Shown here: in pieces, positions 1 through 10,664 of the stretch | Layout: each line of letters opens with the position of its first letter | Position numbering within the stretch: position 1 is the first letter of the stretch | DNA from: Alphaproteobacteria bacterium | GTDB lineage: Bacteria > Pseudomonadota > Alphaproteobacteria > JAAXGF01 | Reading direction: 5' to 3' | DNA: 64,000 nucleotides | Assembly (NCBI GenBank): GCA_963555825.3 | Contig: CAUVXB020000002.1 | Location: forward strand, 2,272,001-2,336,000 | Notes under the pieces: model-generated | What the model was told of the DNA's origin: nothing | The model's database searches: none | Seen by the model: the letters and a program-made list of their open reading frames with translations, nothing else | Translations under genes and position numbers: made by a program

Positions 1-1506
1 ACAAACGATTCGAAGATGTCGAGTTTCAAAGGCAATGACGGCAATTTGATGCAGCACTGGGTATTGTGCGAACTATTGGCGGTCGCTCGGAAATACACAA
101 CCCGCTTGACGTTCATTGACGCCCACTCTATGGCGCCTACCGCCATTCAAAGGACGGAGAAGAAGGCGAATCGTAGACGTAACTTCGATTCAGTATTGGA
201 AAATTTCCCCGGGCAGGGATCGTCGTACGAACAAGCGTGGCAATCTCTATCGCCCGAACGAGGAACTTATCCGAATTGCGCCAACTTCGTGACGCATATC
301 TGGAGTCCACCGAGCGTTTGCTCGTTGCTGCTATGCGAGCGTGATGAACAAACAGTGTCCTTGCTGCGTTCGTGGGCTGTCAAGCACAGCGATATCGAAA
401 TTGAAATCGCGGCCGGAGACTGGCGCACACGGTTCAACCGTGCACTCCCGAAGCAGGAGGGGTTGGTGTTCATCTCATTCGATCCGTACATGTTCAATCG
501 GCATCGACGTAAGGAGAATCCAGGAAACATGTACCCCGCCGACCTTGACCGGTTGGTCGATGCGACAGGTTCTTTTCCGGAGAATGTTCTAATCCGACAT
601 TCCCCATATACCATCCAAATTCGTGGAAATCGTACCACTTTCCCACCGCCAAGGGAACTGTATCCCCTATGCAGCCATCCGATGGCATGATTTTGGTAAT
701 CGGCCCGCGCTTGGAAGGCCACTCGGTCATTTTTCTCGCCATCCAGACACACCTCTCCTGTCGCTTTCTCCTCGCCGTCGATTCCCTCGGCCTACGCCGG
801 AGCGGGTCTTCGTCGCAGATCATCAATCAAGCTCAGGATTTTCCGGAACAGGTCCCTCGGCACCGCCACCTCAGCCAATTGGAACGTAACGTAGCGGCCA
901 TGTCGGACAACCTTGGCCCCGATCTTCACCAGCTTGTCGCGCAACGTCGTCATCGACCAGTGCTCCACCTCCTTCGGCAAAGCCAGTGTCCTCATGAAGT
1001 TGCCCAGATTGTAGGCCAGGGCGTGAAGCTGGAGCCGAACGGCATTGTTGCGGAACTTGCGACATGACAGACGGGTCCAGTTGATGGCGTTCTTGCCTTC
1101 CTTGATGTGCTGCTCCGCCGTGCCACGGTGATTATAGAACGCCACCACCCGCTTGGTAGGGCGCGACAGATTAGTGACGATGAAACCGACGCGAGGAACC
1201 AGCTCGCCGGGGTGCCACTCCACTTTGGCCACGACACGGCGCTTCTTGTTCCACGATCCGGCCTGATAGCTGAAGCTGGCGTGGAAACGGCGAACATGGT
1301 CGGGCGGGCGACCGACAGGTCGCGTAAGCAGATGGGCAATGTTCCGCTGGAGAATCGCGTTCGCTTTGAGGCGGATGACGTAGAGTAATCCCTCGGCTTC
1401 GAGATATTCGTATATCTCCGGTGAGGCGAAGGCGGCATCGCCACGAAAATACAGCCGCACCTTCCTTTCCTTATAGCGCATCACCACCGGCTCCAGAACA
1501 TTCCGC

Positions 1507-2881
1507 GAGCTATAACCGAATCTTGTGTACGGCGTTGAAATGAAGGCGGCGTATCCTGGTGATTGTTGATGTCACCACTTGAGCTAAGCCAAGGAAGGAT
1601 ACGCCATGAAAGAGAATACCGTTGTTGCTTTTCAAAACCCATCTGATTTTCAGAAAGATCCGTTGACGGAAGTCCTACAAGCTGGAGCTCGCGAGTTGTT
1701 GGCCCAAGCCGTTGAGGCCGAGGTCTCCGTGTTTTTGGGTAGCCATGCGGCGCTTGTTGACGCCGCCGGCCGCCGCCGGGTTGTCCGCAATGGATATCTG
1801 CCGGAACGCTTCATCCAGACCGGGATCGGCCCGGTGAGCGTGCGCCAACCCCGTGTGCGGGACCGGGGGGACGGCGCCATCCGCTTCACGTCGGCGATCC
1901 TGCCGCGCTATCTGCGCCGCGCCAAGAGCCTGGAAGACCTTTTGCCATGGCTGTATCTGAAGGGCATTTCCACCGGCGACTTCGGGGAAGCCTTGGCGGC
2001 GCTCCTGGGGAGCTCCGCGCCGGGGCTTTCGGCCTCCACGATCACCCGGCTGAAAGAGGTCTGGGGGGTTGAGGCGGAGCGCTGGCAACGGCGCGACCTC
2101 ACGGCCAAGCGCTACGTCTATTTCTGGGTGGACGGCATCTATTTCAGCGCCCGCATGGAGGAAGAGAAGCAGTGCATCCTGGTGATCGTCGGGGCCACGG
2201 ACAAGGGACAGAAGGAACTGATCGCCATCGCCGACGGCTATCGCGAAAGTGAGCAGTCCTGGCTCGAAGTTCTGCTCGATCTCAAGCGGCGCGGCCTTGA
2301 AATGGGTCCGCAACTGGCGCTCGGCGACGGCGCGCTCGGCTTCTGGAAGGCGCTCCGCCAAGTCTACCCAGGCGCCCGCGAGCAACGCTGCTGGGTTCAC
2401 AAGACGGGCAACGTCTTGAACAAGCTGCCCAAGGGTCTGCAAAAGAAAGCCAAGGGGCGCCTGCAAGACATCTGGATGGCCGAAACCAGGAAGGATGCCG
2501 AGAGCGCCTTCGACTTCTTCCTGGAAGCCTACGGGCCGAAGTACGACAAGGCCGCGGCCTGCCTGGCCAAGGACCGCGACGTCCTGCTGACGTTCTACGA
2601 CTTCCCCGCCGAGCACTGGAAGCATGTACGCACGACCAACCCCATCGAGAGCACGTTCGCCACGGTTCGTCTGCGCACCTACCGGACCAAGGGCTGCCTG
2701 TCGCGCAAGACGGCGATGGCCATGGTCTTCAAACTATGCCAGTGCGCTCAGAGAAAATGGAGAAAACTCGATGGATCGAACCATCTCGCCGAGATCATTC
2801 GCGGCGTCAAATTCGTAGATGGAGAACGCCAGGATCGCGCCGCCGCATGATCAGCCCATACACAACTTTTGACAATAGCTC
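1507..2881 (+). mobile_element. IS256-family element nested in IS1380
   Basis: Ends GAGCTAT.. / ..ATAGCTC; 9-bp duplication ACATTCCGC at 1498-1506 and 2882-2890. Confidence 0.95.
1606..2850 (+). CDS. IS256-family (Mutator-type) transposase
   Basis: 414 aa; RNGY, WVDG, GDG..GF, QRCWVHK, TTNPIES motifs; RBS GGAAGGA. Confidence 0.95.
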   Translation: MKENTVVAFQNPSDFQKDPLTEVLQAGARELLAQAVEAEVSVFLGSHAALVDAAGRRRVVRNGYLPERFIQTGIGPVSVRQPRVRDRGDGAIRFTSAILPRYLRRAKSLEDLLPWLYLKGISTGDFGEALAALLGSSAPGLSASTITRLKEVWGVEAERWQRRDLTAKRYVYFWVDGIYFSARMEEEKQCILVIVGATDKGQKELIAIADGYRESEQSWLEVLLDLKRRGLEMGPQLALGDGALGFWKALRQVYPGAREQRCWVHKTGNVLNKLPKGLQKKAKGRLQDIWMAETRKDAESAFDFFLEAYGPKYDKAAACLAKDRDVLLTFYDFPAEHWKHVRTTNPIESTFATVRLRTYRTKGCLSRKTAMAMVFKLCQCAQRKWRKLDGSNHLAEIIRGVKFVDGERQDRAAA

Positions 2882-3909
2882 ACATTCCGCCATCCGTCGG
2901 CACTGTGAACATTACCGGGGCGCAGGGAACATCTCTCCAAGTCGCCGAACTGGTTGAACAGGAATAGCGGATGGTAGCAGGTACAGCCGAAGTGACCATT
3001 GTACGCTGTTCCCTCTTGTTCGCCATGGGTCGGGCTGACGCTGCTGTCCATGTCGAGAATGATCATCTTCGGCGGATGGCGGTCATGAACCTTGTCGATC
3101 CACACCCCGTTCATGTCGACCAAGGCTTCAACGTTCTCGTCGGTGGCCAATAGCTCCGTCTCGAAGCGTCCCATCTGGCTGGTGGAAGCGGCCTGTCTTT
3201 CGATGGCCTTGCCGCCAACAATCCAGCGCATGGCGGGATCGCGTCCCAGACGGTCGGCGTCGTTCACATCGTCATAGCCGCCAAGGCGCCCGAAAACGGA
3301 CTGGCGAAACTGACCCGTCATGCCGTGCCATCCGTTCTTGCCGGTACGGCTATCCTGGAAAACACCCTCGGCCATCTCAGTCAGGCCGAGGGCATCGTCA
3401 AGCTCCCGGTAGGCGAGCAACCCGGCATCAGAGGTGATCTTGGAACCGTGGAATTCAAGCTTCAATCGACGGTCAAAAACGACCCGAAGGCACCCCGGTT
3501 TCGATTCACCCATCGGGTGTGCCATATCCGCCGCTCCATGTATGCTACAACTTCATGATTCTTATAGCAGAATCGCCTTCTCGCCGCACTGAATATCGAC
3601 GATACTTGGGAAATGCGGGCTAATACAGCTATCGACCTATGACACCAACGACGATAATGGCCAGAACGCGGTCGCGGAATGCATTCGGTCAGGGCTTGAG
3701 TCTGGCGGATTCGAAGAGGTCGCGATTGTCAAGCCCAGCGCAAAGATGATGTCCCTTCTCTATCAGCGTCGCGTCGACTTCTCCGCAGAATTGACGTCGC
3801 TGCCGTGTCGGTTCCAGACATGGTTCGATGCCATCGAGCGTCGTTTCTGACGCTATGTCGAGTCCGGCCCACTGAGTTGCCTTTGGGCAATTCGGTTTCA
3901 AGCCTCTTA

Positions 3910-5084
3910 TACCAGTGAGCCTATGAAATCACCTTCATGATCCATGGATAGGCGCAGAGGGTTCGCATACGATCCGGTTCTGCGATGAGGTCGATCCATG
4001 CTTGGCAACAGGCGTCGATGATGGCCTCGGTGTCGTCGAGGACGCGGAGCGATAGGAAGCGTTCGCGTAGGTAGAGCCAAACCCGCTCGACGGGGTTGAG
4101 TTCGGGACTGTAAGGCGGCAACAGCGCCAAGGTGACGTTGTCGGGGACGGTGAGGGCGCGCTCGTCGTGCCAACCGGCGCCGTCGCACATCATGACGGCG
4201 TGCGCATCCTGGTCCAGGGTATCGGCGAAGTGTGCGAGAAACAGGTCCATGACCTTGGCGTTGACGCTCGGCATCACCAGGGTGACGTCGTCGCCGGTGT
4301 CCGGGCGCACGGCGGAGAAGATGTAGGCCCACTGGTAGCCGATTTGACGCGTCCCGGGGGCACGCTCGCCCCTGCGCCACCACCGGTGACACACCCGGCC
4401 CTTGTTGCCGACGCGCGCTTCATCCTGAAACCACAGCTGTAGGCGCTTGTCGGGATGCGCCGCGGCGGTCGCCTTCAGGATGTCGCGAAGCCCCCTTTTT
4501 TGAAGCGCTCCTGCGCTTCGGCGTCCCTTCGCGGGTGGCTCGGGCGCGCCTTCTGGCGGGAAAATCCCATCCGCCGTAGAACCCGGGTCATGCTCGAGGG
4601 GTGGTAGGTCTTGGCGAAGCGCTCCTCCAGCCAGCGGCACAGATCGGCCCGGGTCCAGGCGCAAACCCCGTCGCGCTCAGGCTCCGGCCCGGCGATGATG
4701 ACCGCCGCCAGCGCCGCTTCCTCGTCTGCCGTCAGCCGCCGCGGCGAGTAGCCCTTTGGACGGTCGTGAAGCCCCTCCAATCCCTTTGCATTGTAACGAA
4801 CAACCGCGTCGCGAAGCGTTTGGCGATCCATCCCCGCAAGCCGCGCGGCATCAGCCCGGGGCATCTCCTCCAAAGCATTCGCGATCCCATAGGCCCGCGC
4901 CGCCGCTCGACCGTACGATTCCACGCGAGCCCAGCGCCGAAGCTCCAAAGGCGTCAAATCATCCCGTATCTTGAGTGCTGATCCCATGACATCCCCCACA
5001 TCTGGTGGGAGACCATAGAATCACAATCCGCCATCATCCGCCATCAATGAATATCCCGAGAGTCAATTCAGGCGCTCACTGGTA
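3910..5084 (-). mobile_element. IS630-family element type A (copy 1); two ORFs joined by a -1 frameshift
   Basis: IRs TACCAGTGAGC; flanks TTA/TTA; HTH ORF 4475-4987 and DDE ORF to 3921 (QDEAR, CDGAGWH, SPELNPVE); A6G5 slippery site. Confidence 0.95.
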
Positions 5085-5106
5085 TTATACTGCCGCGTGG
5101 CCCGGC

Positions 5107-6556
5107 GGAGATGTCCCGGTCGATGTTGAAAAGTTGAGGTAGGTGTCGCTCTCCTGGAGCCGTTAGGCTCCGGGTGCTGCAAACCCAAGAGGGAGAACGA
5201 CACCATGGGAAAGAATATCCGTAGTTCCAGTAGCCCGAAAGCCCTTGCCACCTCGTTTCCTATGCCGCCGCTGGCAGACGCGATGGACGCAGTCCGTCTC
5301 AGCGTGGATCGGTTCTGTCTCCTGGCCGGGGTCGAGGCCTTGGCCGAGATGATGGAGGAGGACGCCACGACCGTGTGCGGGGCCCGACATCGTCGCCATG
5401 GGAACCGTCGGGGTTATCGCTGGGGCCATACGCAGAGCGAGATCGGCTACCACGGCGGCCGCGTGAAAGTGCAGCGGCCACGGGTTCGCGACCATGCTGG
5501 CAAGGAGGTGGGTTTGGAGAGCTGGCAGGTGCTGCGCGATGGCAACCTGCTGCTCGAGTGGGCGCTCAACCTGATGGTCCTGAACGTGTCGACCCGCAAG
5601 TACCACCGCGCGGTCCGTCTGCCCGAGGGCGACCTGGCGAAAGCGCGTGGCGACGGCACCTCGAAGTCGGCCGTTTCCCGGCGCTTTGTGGCGCTGTCGC
5701 GCAAGAAGATGAAGGCCTGGCTCGCCTCGGACCTCTCGGAGCTCGACCTGCGGGTCATCCAGATCGACGGTCTGCATGTCGGCGACCATGTCTTGGTGGC
5801 GGCGATCGGCGTCGATGGCAACGGCGACAAGCATGTCCTGGCCGTGGTCGAGGGGGCGACGGAGAACACTGTCGTCGTCCAGGCCTTGCTCGACAATCTC
5901 CTCGCCAGGGGGCTCGATCCGACGCTGCCCCGGCTGTTCATCGTCGATGGCGCGAAGGCGCTCAGCAAAGCGATCCGCAACACCTTCGGTGTGGCCGCCG
6001 CCATCCAGCGCTGCCAGGTCCACAAGGGCCGTAACATCATCGAGCGCCTGCCCCTGCATTTGCATGCGAGCGTCAAGAAGGCGCTCCGTCAGGCCTGGGA
6101 CCAGGACGACGCAGACAAGGCCGAACGGCTGCTGCGCAACCTGGCCCGGCGTCTGGAGCATGAGGAACCGGGCGTCTCGGGCAGCATCCTGGAGGGGCTG
6201 GACGAGATCCTCACCGTCATCCGCCTCGGCCTGCCGCACGAACTCCGGCGCTCGCTTGCCTGCACCAACATCATCGAGAACGCGCTCGGCACGGTGCGTC
6301 AGGTCACCCGCAACGTCAAACGCTGGAGGAACGCCGAGATGGCGCTCAGATGGACCGCCGCCGGCTTGCTGGAGGCCCAGAAGACCTTCCGTCGCCTCAA
6401 GGCCTATCGTCAGCTGCCCATACTCCGAAACGCTCTCCAGGAGCACTTGAGAAAGGCTCACGCCGACAGTGCCATTGAAACCATCATGAAGGCAGCATAG
6501 CATCATCAACCAGCGATGTCTGCCCCACGAATTTCAACAGAGATAGGGACATCGCC
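5107..6556 (+). mobile_element. IS256-family element type B (copy 1)
   Basis: Ends GGAGATGTCCC / GGGACATCGCC; 9-bp duplication TGGCCCGGC at 5098-5106 and 6557-6565. Confidence 0.95.
5205..6500 (+). CDS. IS256-family transposase
   Basis: 431 aa; IQIDG, IVDGAKAL, QRCQVHK, CTNIIE motifs. Confidence 0.95.
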   Translation: MGKNIRSSSSPKALATSFPMPPLADAMDAVRLSVDRFCLLAGVEALAEMMEEDATTVCGARHRRHGNRRGYRWGHTQSEIGYHGGRVKVQRPRVRDHAGKEVGLESWQVLRDGNLLLEWALNLMVLNVSTRKYHRAVRLPEGDLAKARGDGTSKSAVSRRFVALSRKKMKAWLASDLSELDLRVIQIDGLHVGDHVLVAAIGVDGNGDKHVLAVVEGATENTVVVQALLDNLLARGLDPTLPRLFIVDGAKALSKAIRNTFGVAAAIQRCQVHKGRNIIERLPLHLHASVKKALRQAWDQDDADKAERLLRNLARRLEHEEPGVSGSILEGLDEILTVIRLGLPHELRRSLACTNIIENALGTVRQVTRNVKRWRNAEMALRWTAAGLLEAQKTFRRLKAYRQLPILRNALQEHLRKAHADSAIETIMKAA

Positions 6557-6713
6557 TGGCCCGGCTGGTACAACTGATTGCCACTGTTACACGCCAGTTT
6601 GCCGTTTCCCTTTTCACGTCGTTCTACTTGAACCGATGTGCTGGATGTATTCTACCGCCAAACCAAGTTAATCGCCGCCGGCGCCGACAAGGGAAATTTA
6701 CAGGCATTGCCTG

Positions 6714-6998
6714 ATGTTCACCGTAGTCACCCCCACGACGAGTCTTAGCCTCGACGATCATTTCATAAAGCGTCCTGCGGCGACATTCTTTGTCACGGTC
6801 GAGGGCGGCGGCATGGCCGAACACGGGATCCTTACCGGCGATACCCTGATCGTCGACCGTTCGCGCACGCCGGGCGCTGGCTCCATCGTCATCGCGGTAA
6901 TCGAGGGCGAGTTGACCGCCCGTCCGTTCACCGCCCTTGATGGCGAGGAGGCCCACGTCTGGGGCGTCGTTGCCGGTGTGGTGCGGAGCCTGCCATGA
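6714..6998 (+). CDS. umuD: UmuD-like S24-fold protein, short, without catalytic Ser/Lys
   Basis: LDDHFIKRPAATFFVTVEGGGM..GILTGDTLIVDRS..GSIVIAVIEGELT..VWGVV aligns to the UmuD core; ATGA overlap with umuC. Confidence 0.8.
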   Translation: MFTVVTPTTSLSLDDHFIKRPAATFFVTVEGGGMAEHGILTGDTLIVDRSRTPGAGSIVIAVIEGELTARPFTALDGEEAHVWGVVAGVVRSLP

Positions 6999-8254
6999 GC
7001 ATCTACGGACTGGCCGACTGCAACAACTTCTTCGTCTCCTGCGAAAGGGTCTTCCGTCCCGCGCTCGAGGGCCGTCCCGCCGTGGTCCTGTCATCGAACG
7101 ACGGCTGCATCGTCGCGCGCAGCGACGAGGCGAAGGCGCTCGGCGTCAAGATGGCCCAGCCGGCGTTCCAGGCGAAAGACCTCATCGAGCGGCACAGCAT
7201 TGCCGTCATCAGCGGCAACCTCCAGTTCTATACCGACATGAGCAACCGAGTGATGCAGGTCTTCGGGGAACTGGTCCCGGCGGTAGAGAAATACTCGATC
7301 GACGAATGTTTTCTCGATCTCGCGGGAATACCGCAAGACCTCACGGCATTCTGCCAGGACCTGAAACGCACCGTGCGGCAATGGACCGGGCTGCCGATCA
7401 GCATCGGCATCGCCGAGACCAAGACCCTTGCCAAGATCGCCAACCGTCTCGCGAAGACCTCTGCCAAAACGGACGGCGTTCTCGATCTCACCGGTGAACG
7501 CTGGCGCGACAGGGCGCTGGCGTCAACTGAAGTCGGCGATGTCTGGGGCATCGGCAGGCAGTACGCCAAGAAACTCAACCGTAACGGTGTCATGACGGCC
7601 CTCGATCTGACGAGCCGTCCCGATGGCTGGATCCGCAAGGAGATGGGCGTCGGCGGGCTGAAGACGGTGCGGGAATTGCGCGGAGAGGACTGTATAGGCT
7701 TCGATGACATGCCCCAGCCCAAGCAGACGACGATGGTCTCGCGATCCTTCGGCACGGAAGTGCGCGACTACGACAAGTTGTCCAATGCGATCACCATGTT
7801 CGCGACCGATGCGGCGCGCTCCATTCGCACGGCCAATCTCGTCGCCTCGTCGACGAGCGTGTTCATCGAGACCAACCGTTTCGGCAAGAGCCCGCACCAT
7901 GCTCCGTCCCGCTCGGAGGCGCTGTCGCCCGCGACCAATAACACGAAGCATATCGTGCGAGCCGCGCTGGCCGCTCTGAAGCACATCTACCGCGAGGGGC
8001 TGGCGTACAAGCGCGCCGGGGTGATGCTGCTCGACCTCGTAGAAGCCGGCCGGGCGCCAATCTCGCTATTCGATACGCAGGATCCAAGGGACGACAAGCT
8101 GATCGAAGCGTTCGACGCCATCAACGACCGGCTGGGGCCGGGAGCGATCCAATTCGGCCCCGCGGCGCAGGGCGCGGCCTGGCGATCGAGCAGCGCCTTC
8201 CGCTCGCCCTTCTACACAACCCGTTGGGAAGACATCCCGAAGGTTAAAACCTGA
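6995..8254 (+). CDS. umuC: Y-family DNA polymerase (Pol V catalytic subunit, UmuC-like)
   Basis: DCNNFFVSCE, YSIDECFLD, KTLAKIAN, VWGIG, SRSFG and C-terminal SPFYTTRW motifs. Confidence 0.93.
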   Translation: MSIYGLADCNNFFVSCERVFRPALEGRPAVVLSSNDGCIVARSDEAKALGVKMAQPAFQAKDLIERHSIAVISGNLQFYTDMSNRVMQVFGELVPAVEKYSIDECFLDLAGIPQDLTAFCQDLKRTVRQWTGLPISIGIAETKTLAKIANRLAKTSAKTDGVLDLTGERWRDRALASTEVGDVWGIGRQYAKKLNRNGVMTALDLTSRPDGWIRKEMGVGGLKTVRELRGEDCIGFDDMPQPKQTTMVSRSFGTEVRDYDKLSNAITMFATDAARSIRTANLVASSTSVFIETNRFGKSPHHAPSRSEALSPATNNTKHIVRAALAALKHIYREGLAYKRAGVMLLDLVEAGRAPISLFDTQDPRDDKLIEAFDAINDRLGPGAIQFGPAAQGAAWRSSSAFRSPFYTTRWEDIPKVKT

Positions 8255-8411
8255 GCACCGACAGACCCGGGCGTCGATCCTGGGCCGGCCCACAAGCGTG
8301 GACATTACCCAACAGGCGCGCAGCCTCCGCCAGATCCTGACGCGCCGGCGAGAGAATGAGAATGGGCCCTTTCGGGCGGCGGGAAAGAGCGCGAGAGAAC
8401 AGCTTTCGCTG

Positions 8412-8865
8412 CCCCGCCGGACGATCGCTGTAGTCGCGGTGCAGTTTCTGGCCGGCTGCATGACCGGCAATCATGGGTGAAGCGGATGGCCGACGCGGGG
8501 GCTCCACGGATTCGCCGGAGGCGTGCTCTGATCCACGGCCGACAGCGGCAAGCTCGGGATCGCGGCCTCGGTGGCGGGAACCATGGCGGGGTTGTTTCCC
8601 GGCAGCGGGATCGGCGCCTCGCTCGACAAGCTGTATGCGGCCCGCACGCGGCAAGCAGCGCTGGAGATCCGTCCAAGCGGGGCCTGGCACAATCCCAATA
8701 CTGGCAACGCGGGGGTGATTACGCCGACGCGCACCTAAAGATCGACCGCCGACGGCATCAACTGTCGGGAATATCAGCCCACCGTGACCATCGACAGACG
8801 CCCCGAGCAAGCCCACGGCAGCGTCTGCCGTCAGCCCGACGCCGCGTGGCGGGTATCGAACCAGC
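8412..8865 (+). pseudogene. 17-kDa surface antigen / glycine-zipper lipoprotein remnant
   Basis: One frame reads lipobox FLAGC, Gly-rich AGTMAGLFPGSGIGASLD, WHNPNTGNAG, CREYQPTVTI, GSVCRQPDAAW with three in-frame stops. Boundaries approximate. Confidence 0.75.
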
Positions 8866-9036
8866 ACCGCGCCTGCCCATGGCGGCCTGCCCGGCGCAGT
8901 ATCGGCGGCGATGGCTTCAACTGTCTTTGCACGGTCCAGCCGTTCCGGCCCCATCCGGTTCCGTCACGCCGCCGAGAGCGAGAGCTTGAGCCAAAGGCGG
9001 GCGAGGGCGGATGCCGAAGAGGGTGTCCCCGCCCGG

Positions 9037-10631
9037 CGGAACCTGTCAACGACTTTGAGACAGTGACGATTACGATTTACTGAGCAGTTTCTCCTGTTGT
9101 GGGTGTCACAGGTGGGTTGATCCAGACGGCTTGGGGAAGGGGATCCGGTTGTGGGATCCCTCGAACGAAGCGTTCGGGATGACGGGTCCAGGCGGCTTGA
9201 AGGGTCCGCCCGCGCTGCTCCAGCACGCTCTGGGTTCGATTGTGATGCACGTCGTCCGGGGTGAGCATGGCGATCCCGCCATGGCGATGTTCGGTGTTGT
9301 ACCAAGGGAAGAACGTTCGGCAGAAGGCGATCGCGGCGGTGATGTCGTGGAAGCGGCCAGGGAAGCCGGGGTGGTACTTCAGGGTCTTGAACTGCGCCTC
9401 GGAGAAGGGGTTGTCGTCGGACACCTGAGGGCGGCTCAGTGAACGGGTCACGCCGAGGTCGGCGAGCAGTTGTGCGGTGCACTTGCTCGTCATCGGCGCG
9501 CCGCGGTCGGAGTGCAGGGTGAGCACCTGGGGCTGGACGCCCTGTTTATGGCAGGTCTCTTCGATGAGACGACCGGCCAGCGCCGAGTTCTCCCGGTCTG
9601 CGACCATCCAGCCGACCGCGTAGCGGCTGAAGATGTCGAGCACGACGTAGAGGTAGAAGTACGTCCACTTGGTCGGCCCCAACAGCTTGGTGATGTCCCA
9701 GGACCAGGTCTGGTTCGGCGCCGTGGCCACCAGCTCGGGCTTGGTGTACTGGGGATGCTCGCGCTGATTGCGCCGCTCTCGGACCGGCTGATCGGCGGCC
9801 AGGATCCGATACATCGTCCGCTCCGAGCACAGGTAATGGCCTTCGTCGAGCAGCGTCGCCACGACCTCCGCCGGCGCACGGTCGACGAAGCGCGGGCCGG
9901 CGAGCACATCGAGGATCTGCTCGCGCTCGGCTTCACACAGCGCCCGGGCGGGCGTTGGACGGGGCTGCTGGTGCCCGGGAGTTGACCTCTGACGACGGTA
10001 GAAGGTCGCCCGTGACACGCCCAGTGCTTGGCAGGCCGGCGCCACGCCGACCTGCGCCGCAAGCGGTTGGACCGCCATCAAGAGCGCGTTCCGTGTTCGA
10101 GGTTCAATCCCAGCAGCCCGGCAACTTTTCCCTGCACGTCCAGGATCGTGTGCGCGGTGTGCAACTCGTGCTCCAGGCGAGCCACTTGCGCCTCGAGCGC
10201 GCGCACCTTCGCATCCAGCGGGTTGCGTTCGGCCGGTTTCGCGCCGCGCTTCTTCGCGGCCAACTCCCGCAGCGAGCCCTTGCGCCGCGCCTTGCGCCAA
10301 GCCGTCAGATGCGAGCTGTACAACCCCTCGCGGCGAAGCAGGCGGCCCACCTCGCCGGGCTGTGTGCAGCGATCCGCCTCCTCCAGAATCCGCAGCCGAT
10401 ACTCTGCGGTGAACTGGCGCCGCTTCGGCTTGGCCACAACCTCCGGGTCCGGGGTCGGTCTGGCGCGGCCGGCCCTGGGGGCCTCGTCGCTACGCTCCTC
10501 GACCCCAAGGGCCGGAACGGAAACCTCATTCAATGTCATCGAGTCTCTCTCTGCGGTCATCGGTTTTCACCTCCACCGCCCTACAGAAATTCCGAAGGTT
10601 GCTGGTGTCTCAGTGATGTTGGCAGAGAGGG
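9037..10631 (-). mobile_element. IS3-family element (orfA 10078-10560, orfB 9077-about 10080)
   Basis: orfB has WSWDIT, LHSDRG, DNPFSEAQFKTLK; IRs TGTCAACGACTTTGAGACA / TGCCAACATCACTGAGACA lie 7 bp inside ends flanked by CGG/CGG. Confidence 0.9.
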
Positions 10632-10664
10632 CGGTTCCGCATTCACGCAATCCCGGAGACCGAA

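Larger units (their letters stand above)
594..3619 (-). mobile_element. IS1380-family element (copy 1), transposase interrupted by IS256
   Basis: Ends CCGACATTCCCCA / TGGGAAATGCGGG; 5-bp duplication CTAAT at 589-593 and 3620-3624; transposase halves at about 2882-3525 and 792-1506 (SDAGLL, LDMDSS, FRGDAAF, YNHRGTAE). Confidence 0.95.
16..3850 (+). pseudogene. RlmJ-like SAM-dependent (probably N6-adenine) methyltransferase-fold protein, split by IS1380
   Basis: GNDGNLMQHWVL..FIDAHS and LVFISFDPY resemble RlmJ GNHADVLKH..YLDTHAG and LIDPPY. Removing 594-3619 and one CTAAT rejoins ENVL-IQLSTYD...IERRF* (stop 3848-3850), about 267 aa. Confidence 0.6.

Noticed and set aside
594-791. Small ORF (MCLDG..) in the 3' tail of IS1380 copies 1 and 2
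   Set aside because: The frame is broken by stops in copy 3 (47863-48059) and runs out through the IR; best treated as conserved non-coding end sequence.
5163-6509. Long antisense ORFs over transposases (also 1675-2625, 11517-12842, 16454-17890, 41652-43172, 50841-52109, 59988-61169)
   Set aside because: These are shadow frames of GC-rich genes with clear motifs on the opposite strand.
6621-6633. GTTC-N5-GAAC as a LexA box
   Set aside because: It fits neither GTTC-N7-GTTC nor CTGT-N8-ACAG; left unassigned.
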